Below, in pieces: positions 1-6,360 of a stretch of DNA of 20,849 bases. The position numbers were made by a program, and so were the translations under genes. The DNA is from Bdellovibrionota bacterium (GTDB lineage Bacteria > Bdellovibrionota_C > UBA2361 > JBGSMV01): the NCBI GenBank assembly GCA_044356455.1, contig JBIKWF010000076.1, positions 1 through 20,849 of the forward strand, in the 5' to 3' direction. The first letter of the stretch is position 1. Each line of letters opens with the position of its first letter. The notes beneath the pieces are model-generated. The model had not been told where the DNA came from and did not search any database. It saw only the letters and a list, made by a program, of their open reading frames with translations.

Positions 1-197
1 AGGCGGTACCCTAGGTCTATTAATTCGCAGTCATAGAGCACCGGAAGCATGACCTCTTTGGCAACCTTGATGCTCTGCTTTTGGAGCTCGCGGAATAGGC
101 ATGCCTTGTAGACCTGCTCGAAGAGGCCTGGTCCTAGAAGTGAGTGCACCTTGATAGCCGCACCTATAATTTTTTCGGTAATCTGGTTGATTTCCAT
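1..197 (-). CDS. GxxExxY family protein (putative PD-(D/E)XK nuclease superfamily), 5' part only; runs off the window edge
   Basis: My translation of the minus strand from ATG at 197 gives MEINQITEKIIGAAIKVHSLLGPGLFEQVYKACLFRELQKQSIKVAKEVMLPVLYDCELIDLGYR with no stop. It contains the GPGLFEQVY (GxxExxY) signature and the typical IIGAAIxVH N-terminus. Not in the ORF track because there is no stop in the window. Confidence 0.92.
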   Translation of the reverse strand, partial: MEINQITEKIIGAAIKVHSLLGPGLFEQVYKACLFRELQKQSIKVAKEVMLPVLYDCELIDLGYR

Positions 198-229
198 CTC
201 CGCGGTCTCCGTGTCTCCGTGTCTCCGCG
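198..229 (-). repeat. Tandem 8-nt repeat arm (CGCGGAGA-CACGGAGA-CACGGAGAC-CGCGGAG) directly abutting the GxxExxY start codon
   Basis: + strand ctccgcggtctccgtgtctccgtgtctccgcg; related arms at 533-556 (inverted) and 677-698. Confidence 0.9.
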
Positions 230-233
230 ACCA

Positions 234-346
234 AGGAGTGTGTCCCGTAGAAACATAAATCTTCATTTTGGACACAATCCGTAGGTGGGCTGTCCCGTTG
301 CCACCACAACATGTAGTGGTCGGAACTTTCTACGGGACAGACTCCT
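234..346. mobile_element. 113-bp MITE-like element, copy 1
   Basis: 20-bp terminal inverted repeats (AGGAGTGTGTCCCGTAGAAA / TTTCTACGGGACAGACTCCT, 1 mismatch); 7 differences in 113 bp from the copy at 11965-12077; too short to encode a transposase. Confidence 0.85.
272..319. promoter_or_regulatory. Tandem NrdR-box-like motifs inside MITE copy 1
   Basis: CCACAACATGTAGTGG (304-319) fits the NrdR box consensus acaCwAtATaTwGtgt; weaker ACACAATCCGTAGGTG (272-287) starts 32 bp earlier. Confidence 0.45.
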
Positions 347-532
347 AGCCCTTCTATCCCTAATCGACAAATCGGTAGAAAAGTTGCTTAGAAACCATAC
401 CAAAGTTAGAAATACGGAGGAGAACAGATTGAGCAAGCGGATGCTCCCTGCGGTCGCACCGCTGCTCATAGCCGCTCTCTGCCTACTAGAATGTTCGAGG
501 GAACTCTCTAGATGGGGTTAAGAAGGGATTAG

Positions 533-698
533 CGCGGAGACACAAAGACCGCGGAGGGGAGATAGAATCGAGATTTTGCTCAGCTCTGTGCCTTAGCATA
601 ATTGCTAGTCATCCTGAACATTCGCAAACAAAATCCTGGTAACACCTAGAAAGTTACAAATTTGCGGGCGAACACGCCGCGGTCTCCGTGTCTCCGCG
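533..698. repeat. Inverted pair of 8-nt-unit repeat arms (533-556 and 677-698) bracketing about 120 bp of non-coding DNA
   Basis: cgcggagacacaaagaccgcggag ... ccgcggtctccgtgtctccgcg; same family as 198-229. Confidence 0.8.
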
Positions 699-727
699 GC
701 CTATCTCAAGCCGAGTTACGACGCCAG

Positions 728-2011
728 TTACACCCGCGCTTTCAAGGCAGGTGTCCCGAATGCAATATCGTGAAGCTCCTTGAACTTGAGTAGCACGTCA
801 TCTGGAATCCTTGTCCCGCCGCTACCCGTAAAGCCAAGAGTCACGACCTCGCGATACTTCATGAATGCCTTCTTTGCGGTTTCTGATGCCGGCACTTCGC
901 GCACACTTTGCTCAAGAAACATCTCCGGAAGCTCGACCACAAAAAAGAAGGGCAACTCGCTATAAGCAAGACCAAGCAGGTATAGGGCATATCCGCGCTC
1001 ACCCGTGGTAATGGTCGACTTGCCTTCAAGAAGCGTGTGCAAAAGAGCCGTGGCGCGCAAAAGCTCCACTGTTCCGATGCGTGCGCTGAGCGGGTCCGCG
1101 CCGCCTACCGCTTGCCGTATAAGATTTTCTGCTCTCTGAAGAGCAGGGATATCAATCGCGGTGCTCTCACTTTTCCACCTACGCAGGGACACGATCCACG
1201 ACTGGATTTCCTCGCGATCGTAAGACCTCATTGAGGTCTTTGAGAGCATACGCGTTAACTCCGTAAGCGCTTCGTCGGGATTTGGCTTTACGCGAGTAAA
1301 CACCAGAAGCCAGTTACGGAGCGCATCCATTCTCTGCGCTTCGCCTTGCGGGTCGAGAACCGCGGTCCGAAAGGCATCTTTAGCTCTCTGGAATTGGCGT
1401 GTCGCAAGGAAAAACTCTCCACGCTCGACGGTACCAAGCTCGTCTAGCTTTACGGACTCATCAGAAAATTCGAGGGGGACTTCATGCCGCGTATGGCAAG
1501 AGACGCAGTGGCTTGCCGCAGATTTAAGTCTCCAAAGGGCGTACCCCGATTTCCCTTCGTCAAAACGCTGCTTCGCGTCGCTTAGCATGTCATTTAACGC
1601 GGTAAGCGTAGAGGCAAACCCAGGCTCAGAAGATATAGCGATGGGTGTCCCCTCAACTTTATGGAAGGAATCCTTGAGAGTACCCATGAGAGCGCTAATC
1701 TCTTTGGTGTTCTCGGGATCCTGAAAGCGCTGGCGGGAGACCATAAATTTCTGCAAGTCGCGAAAAGCGGCGTAGGCTACGTGCATAGTAGGCCGGACTG
1801 CACTTGAGTCTTGGGAAGGAGCCTCCTTTACCACTGGGGAGGGCGCTCCACTCTCCGCAAGCGCCGATGAGTAGGGAGCAAAAGAGCCACCCAAGCTGAC
1901 GGCAGCAATTACTAAGAGAGTTCTAGGCCGCGGAGTCAAAACTTGGACCACTGCCCGCAAGGAGACTGCCCGCAAGTAAGAAGACGGCGAGCGAAGAAAT
2001 TGACGGTGCAT
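728..2011 (-). CDS. Secreted mono-haem c-type cytochrome / TPR-like helical protein (start uncertain: 2053, 2011, 1951 or 1939)
   Basis: Long ORF; signal-peptide-like segment LLVIAAVSLGGSFAPYSSALA; single CxxCH (CVSCH, 1493-1507) ending a helical region; TPR-like helices after it (RGEFFLATRQFQRAKDAF, YALYLLGLAY). Confidence 0.75.
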   Translation of the reverse strand: MHRQFLRSPSSYLRAVSLRAVVQVLTPRPRTLLVIAAVSLGGSFAPYSSALAESGAPSPVVKEAPSQDSSAVRPTMHVAYAAFRDLQKFMVSRQRFQDPENTKEISALMGTLKDSFHKVEGTPIAISSEPGFASTLTALNDMLSDAKQRFDEGKSGYALWRLKSAASHCVSCHTRHEVPLEFSDESVKLDELGTVERGEFFLATRQFQRAKDAFRTAVLDPQGEAQRMDALRNWLLVFTRVKPNPDEALTELTRMLSKTSMRSYDREEIQSWIVSLRRWKSESTAIDIPALQRAENLIRQAVGGADPLSARIGTVELLRATALLHTLLEGKSTITTGERGYALYLLGLAYSELPFFFVVELPEMFLEQSVREVPASETAKKAFMKYREVVTLGFTGSGGTRIPDDVLLKFKELHDIAFGTPALKARV

Positions 2012-2151
2012 AATCAAAACTCCATGAAAGTGGCGCGCCTTGCCATTCAGCACACTGCCACAAAGCGCCTCAACACGTTATCGCCCGCTATGCGGGTCCC
2101 CGCAACGCTCGAACAGCCCGAATCGTGGGAGCTCAGTAAATCATCTCTTCC

Positions 2152-2187
2152 CTTAGTGTTCTTAGTGGTTGTTTTCTGAACCTCTAA
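2152..2187 (-). repeat. Solo arm of the 9-nt repeat family (AACCACTAAG-AACACTAAG) beside a degenerate TIR-like end
   Basis: + strand cttagtgttcttagtggtt followed by gttttctgaacctctaa, which resembles the GTTTTTCAGAGGTTCC shell end. Confidence 0.45.
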
Positions 2188-2291
2188 GACGTGCCTTCCT
2201 CCTCTCCCCCTTACGGTAGCAGCCACAAGAAAGAACTCAAGGCGATTCTTGGAGCTCGGCTCTCGTTCTGCTATCGTCATTTAGCACTTAG

Positions 2292-2506
2292 GGAGCCTCT
2301 GAAAAACTAGCCTCCGCGTACCCTGCGTCCCCGGCTCCGCGTTATTAAACACTTTTCAAGTAACGCGGAGCCGTCTACGCCTTACGGCTGCGCCGAGCCA
2401 GGCTTAAGTGCGGCCGCGGCGCAGCTTTGGCGGAGCCGGGGACGCTGAGTACGCGGAGGGAAAGCCGCTCACCGAAAAGTCAATTTCGGGGTTTTTCAGA
2501 GGTTCC
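2292..2506. mobile_element. Nested MITE-like element A: IS5-like shell, palindromic 9-nt-unit core and a 56-bp inner insert
   Basis: 16-bp TIRs GGAGCCTCTGAAAAAC / GTTTTTCAGAGGTTCC (1 mismatch) flanked by TTAG direct repeats (2288-2291, 2507-2510); inner palindrome 2311-2459; insert 2374-2429 flanked by GCGGAGCCG direct repeats. Confidence 0.85.
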
Positions 2507-2522
2507 TTAGCTGCATATTTAT

Positions 2523-3722
2523 ATGACCTTTATGAACGATTCTAGCCACCACGACCCCTTCTCCCACACCGAACTTACCCGCTCGGGCTCAAAGACCCGC
2601 GGCGCCTTTGGGATTATAGTGAGTGGGGGTCCGGCACCGGGTATCAATTCAGTGATAAGCTCAGCCACCATCGAAGCCCGCAATCGCGGGTTTACTGTGA
2701 AGGGCTTCAAAGAGGGATTCCAGGGTATTGCGCTTCGGGAACCAGATAGCGTGACCGAGCTTACGATAGAGCAAGTATCTTCCATTGCCTCTACCGGTGG
2801 ATCCTTACTTGGAACCTCACGTTTTAATCCCTTCCGGAGTGCAGGCACGAAAGAGCAGTTTCTGCGTGGACTTCACGAGAACAACATCGACAAGCTTATC
2901 GTCATTGGCGGTGAAGGCAGTGCCTACCTAAGCCACCAACTCGCGAGGGAGAATCATGGTATCCAAGTTATCCATGTACCAAAGACGATAGATAACGATC
3001 TTATCCTTCCAAACCATTACCCAAGCTTCGGGTTTGAAACCGCAAGGTACGCCGGCACTAAAATCCTCGATACGCTTCGGGTCGATGCACGCACCACCAA
3101 ACGTTGGTTCCTGGTTACAACCATGGGTCGCAAGGCTGGCTTTCTAGCGCTCGGCCTTGGTATCGCCTCAGGGGCGACACTCACGCTCGTTCCTGAGGAA
3201 TTCCGCCAAGGGACCACCCCTCAAGAGGTAGCTCAAGTTATATTTGGAAGTCTGCAGAGGCGCTTTTTAAGCGGCCGAGACTGGGGAGTTATCGTTATTG
3301 CCGAGGGAGTTCTCGACCTTCTCAGCCCAGAATCTTCTAAGGAGCTCAGAGAGTGCCCGCGCGATGAACTAGGTAGAATTAAATACTCACAAATTGAACT
3401 TGGGGATGTCATTAAGCCAGAGCTACAGAGACTTTGTGACAGCGTGGGCCACCCCCTTCGGCTCAACACTAAGAACATCGGCTATGAATTGCGCTGTCAC
3501 CCACCGGTATCGTTCGACGTAGAATACACTAAATTCCTCGGCTTCGGGGCGGTGCGCCATCTTCTTGAGGGTAAAACCGATGGTATGGTTACCAGAACTC
3601 ACGATGCCCTTGGCTTTCAGCCCCTTTCCGAACTTGTTCTTCCGGATGGATCCATACGCTCAAGAACCATTGATCTTGATTCGGATCTTTACCGCGTTGC
3701 GCGGAGTTTTATGATTCGTTAG
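2523..3722 (+). CDS. pfkA: Phosphofructokinase (PfkA superfamily; resembles the 'short' PPi-PFK clade; phosphoryl donor uncertain)
   Basis: Motifs GGPAPGIN, GGSLLGTSR, GGEGS, PKTIDNDL, MGRKAG, AEG, GYELRC. Confidence 0.93.
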   Translation: MTFMNDSSHHDPFSHTELTRSGSKTRGAFGIIVSGGPAPGINSVISSATIEARNRGFTVKGFKEGFQGIALREPDSVTELTIEQVSSIASTGGSLLGTSRFNPFRSAGTKEQFLRGLHENNIDKLIVIGGEGSAYLSHQLARENHGIQVIHVPKTIDNDLILPNHYPSFGFETARYAGTKILDTLRVDARTTKRWFLVTTMGRKAGFLALGLGIASGATLTLVPEEFRQGTTPQEVAQVIFGSLQRRFLSGRDWGVIVIAEGVLDLLSPESSKELRECPRDELGRIKYSQIELGDVIKPELQRLCDSVGHPLRLNTKNIGYELRCHPPVSFDVEYTKFLGFGAVRHLLEGKTDGMVTRTHDALGFQPLSELVLPDGSIRSRTIDLDSDLYRVARSFMIR

Positions 3723-3792
3723 GAGTGTGGGTTATTTGCAAAAGGCGCACTTTGATCTTGCAGCCAGTGTCTGAGGCTGTATGAGCTACTGA

Positions 3793-3869
3793 TTTAACGC
3801 GAAGGGCGCGATGGACACGGAGGTACTTAATTCTCTTCCCTTCGTGTCCATCGCGCCCTTCGTGTTAAA
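3793..3869. repeat. 31-bp-stem palindrome of the 9-nt-unit family between convergent genes; possible terminator role
   Basis: tttaacgcgaagggcgcgatggacacggagg (3793-3823) pairs with ccttcgtgtccatcgcgcccttcgtgttaaa (3839-3869): 29/31 Watson-Crick, the other two G-T on the + strand. Confidence 0.9.
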
Positions 3870-3878
3870 GCTTTCGCT

Positions 3879-3926
3879 TTCGAAGTGCCTGTAATTCGAA
3901 GTGTCTGTAATTCGAAGTGTCTGTAA
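3879..3926. repeat. Three tandem copies of the 16-mer TTCGAAGTGYCTGTAA
   Basis: Units at 3879-3894, 3895-3910 and 3911-3926; one mismatch overall. Confidence 0.92.
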
Positions 3927-3960
3927 ATTGTCTGAAGGATCAAATCTGAATTTTTACAGC

Positions 3961-4389
3961 TTATTCCGTGCCATCTGGAATATCGACATTCCGCACGGAG
4001 ACTCCGCCGCGAACGGCGTCTACTTCCATCTCAAGCACAAGCCTTGCATCAACAAGCTTAGCAACTTGCACAATTGAACTTGCAGGCCTGACGATCTCAA
4101 ACGCCTCTCGGTGAGCGCGGGCGTACTCCTCCCATTTCCCTAAATTGGTAACTGAGAGCCGAGTTCTGACCACATCATGAATAGTGAAACCAGCGGCAGC
4201 GAGAACTTTGCGAATACGCCCAATCACAAATCTAGTTTGCTGATAGGCATCGCCTGGCGCCACTACTTCACCTGAACTTAGCGTTGCAGTCGTGCCCGAT
4301 ATAAAAAGTTGGTCGCCGATTTGAACGGCCCTCGAGTACCCACGAAGTGGCTCAAAGGGCGATTTCGTCGCGAAATTTATTCTTTCCAT
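3961..4389 (-). CDS. RidA/YjgF/YER057c/UK114 family protein
   Basis: Motifs GYSRAV, ISGTTA, DVVRTR, RPASS, VLEMEVDA. Confidence 0.92.
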   Translation of the reverse strand: MERINFATKSPFEPLRGYSRAVQIGDQLFISGTTATLSSGEVVAPGDAYQQTRFVIGRIRKVLAAAGFTIHDVVRTRLSVTNLGKWEEYARAHREAFEIVRPASSIVQVAKLVDARLVLEMEVDAVRGGVSVRNVDIPDGTE

Positions 4390-4419
4390 ACTGTAATTTC
4401 TACTCGAAAACGGCCGGCG

Positions 4420-4827
4420 CTAAGAGGGCTTCTTCCGCGTAAGTGCATTGGCTATCTTGTCTGCCAAAACCTGAGCGGTAAATGGCTTAGAAACATACTC
4501 TGTCACACCAGATTTAGCTGCTTCAAAGACATTCTCTTTATAAGCTTCTGCAGTGAGCATGAGAAAGGGGATTGATTTTAGCTTTTCGTCTACTCGCATG
4601 GCTCTTAAAACTTCTATGCCTGACATAAGAGGCATATTCCAATCACAGATCACCAGATCTATGGTCTCGGAGTTCATGCGCTCGAGAGCTTTCTTCCCAT
4701 CTTCAACCGCAATGACGTTCTGGAACCCCAGCTGCTTCAATATAGAACGAATCATGTCCCGAGTAAGGGCGTAGTCGTCTGCCACAAGAATGGTAATGCC
4801 CTTATTCACTAAATCGAGACCTGGCAT
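4420..4827 (-). CDS. cheY: CheY-like single-domain response regulator
   Basis: ILVADD, CDWNMPLMSG, FLMLTAEA, YVSKPFT. Confidence 0.88.
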   Translation of the reverse strand: MPGLDLVNKGITILVADDYALTRDMIRSILKQLGFQNVIAVEDGKKALERMNSETIDLVICDWNMPLMSGIEVLRAMRVDEKLKSIPFLMLTAEAYKENVFEAAKSGVTEYVSKPFTAQVLADKIANALTRKKPS

Positions 4828-4873
4828 GGAGTTCCTATGGTTACTCTAATAACGCCTGAAATATCTTTGGCGC

Positions 4874-5284
4874 CTAAACATCGTATACAAAGCCGACTTC
4901 GGCTTCTAGTAAGGGATTAAGCGACTGGCTTACAGGGCACGTTTTTGCAATGCGTTCAAATTTTGCCCGCAGCTCTGGCGATAGGGATTTGGGCATATGT
5001 ATTACTACGGGAAGCGCTCCAATTCTGCGCGGCTGATCAGCCATCTGCTTGGTAACTTCCACGGTCATTCCCGCTAGATTAACCCCATCCCGCTCAGCCA
5101 CGATTGACATGACTGTCAGCATACAGGCTCCAAGACCAGCAGCAACAAGATCGGTTGGTGAAAAAGTGGTCCCCTCCCCGTGATTGTCCTTGGGGGCGTC
5201 GGTTATAATTGTTGAGCCAGTCGGCCCATGCTTGAGCTCTATGCGCTTATTTCCAACATAGCGACCTGTAATGTGAACTGACAT
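4874..5284 (-). CDS. OsmC/Ohr family protein
   Basis: TDAPKDNHG, FSPTDL, GACM...CPVSQSL; ATG at 5284 is preceded by a GGAGGG Shine-Dalgarno, so preferred over 5338. Confidence 0.92.
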   Translation of the reverse strand: MSVHITGRYVGNKRIELKHGPTGSTIITDAPKDNHGEGTTFSPTDLVAAGLGACMLTVMSIVAERDGVNLAGMTVEVTKQMADQPRRIGALPVVIHMPKSLSPELRAKFERIAKTCPVSQSLNPLLEAEVGFVYDV

Positions 5285-5521
5285 AACCCTCCGACAACAC
5301 ACGCACGCAAGAGCCGTGAAGCTGCTCCACGAGCCCAATCATAGCCCTAAATCCTTTGCAAGAAACAGTCTGTGATCTTTCACCGCGACCAACGTGGCAA
5401 ATGCGGGAGAAGCCCCAGGTTATCCCACATTCAATCTTGGAACTTGCCCACAAAATGCTAGTATTTACCGAAACTTCCCATGGCTATCGAGAAATCAGGT
5501 GCCTTCTCGGGTTTTGCTATT

Positions 5522-6073
5522 ATGAACAAACTTACTGGACTTCTTGGCATAACCCTCCTGCTCCTCCTGCATGCTCCACTCGCAGCCCAAGGTCAATCAT
5601 TTCGCTATATGGATGAAGCTGGCCAGCTCCATTGGGTAGACAGCATTCAGGAAGTGCCGCGGCGTTACTTGAACCAAGTCTTGGCCCCCACGCCTGTTCC
5701 CACGTGGAAGAACGGACGCCCTCCCAAGCAACCTAAACCCGTGAAGACTAAGAAGCCTAAGCCAACTCCTAAGCCTCGCAAGCGGCCACCCGAGAAGGCG
5801 CCAAAGATTGAACGAGCAACTTTTGCACCAGAAGCTGCCCCGACAGTCCAGATTCCAGTGCCGGGAATATTCCCCCCTGGGCTAGCGCCCGCGCAGCCTG
5901 TTCCAGTGCCTCAGCCGGAGGCACAGGCTTTGACTTCGCAAGCCCCAGGAGGGGCAAATCCTGCAGTCGCAGCGCCAGGACCAGCTGTCCCTAGCAGTGT
6001 TTCAGTGCAGAATGAAGTGGCATTTGAGGGTGCGAAAGCTGAAGCGTCTCTTGCTATTGTCGCGCAGCCATAA
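5522..6073 (+). CDS. Secreted protein with DUF4124-like N-terminal motif and Pro/Lys- then Pro/Ala-rich tail (alternative start 5480)
   Basis: Signal peptide MNKLTGLLGITLLLLLHAPLAA; FRYMDEAGQLHWVDSIQEVPRRY motif; low-complexity tail. Confidence 0.75.
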   Translation: MNKLTGLLGITLLLLLHAPLAAQGQSFRYMDEAGQLHWVDSIQEVPRRYLNQVLAPTPVPTWKNGRPPKQPKPVKTKKPKPTPKPRKRPPEKAPKIERATFAPEAAPTVQIPVPGIFPPGLAPAQPVPVPQPEAQALTSQAPGGANPAVAAPGPAVPSSVSVQNEVAFEGAKAEASLAIVAQP

Positions 6074-6134
6074 CTTGATAGACGGCGCCCCTCCTCCATC
6101 CGCAAAGATAGAGTTTTGATGTAGTGCTACCTGA

Positions 6135-6345
6135 GGAGCCTCTGAAAAACTCCCCCTCCGCGTACTCAGCGTCCCCGGCTCCGCCAAAGCTGCGCCGCGG
6201 CCGCACTGAAGTCTGGCTCGGCGCAGCCGTAAGGCGTAGACGGCTCCGCGTTACTTGAAAACTATTGAATAACGCGGAGGACGCAGAGTATGCGGAGGAA
6301 AAACGGGACAGAAGAAGCGCGATTTTTAGGTTCTTCAGAGGTTCC
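6135..6345. mobile_element. Nested MITE-like element B: same shell orientation as A, core inverted
   Basis: GGAGCCTCTGAAAAAC ... GTTCTTCAGAGGTTCC flanked by CTGA/CTAA; core 6155-6298 closely matches the reverse complement of 2311-2459; insert 6185-6240 flanked by CGGCTCCGC repeats. Confidence 0.85.
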
Positions 6346-6360
6346 CTAAGTATCCAACAA

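Noticed and set aside
31..312. 93-aa ORF sharing MLWWQRDSPPTDCV with the ORF at 11963-12157
   Set aside because: The shared peptide is only the translated MITE, and the ORF overlaps the GxxExxY gene in another frame
263..521. ORFs 263-469 (-) and 285-521 (+)
   Set aside because: They run through repeat elements and show no recognisable protein features
2047..2280. 77-aa minus-strand ORF
   Set aside because: Includes a translated repeat arm, has no motif and no clear Shine-Dalgarno; unsupported, though not excluded
3879..3926. Possible CRISPR array (also considered for the dispersed palindromes)
   Set aside because: No spacers, no regular repeat-spacer period and no cas genes
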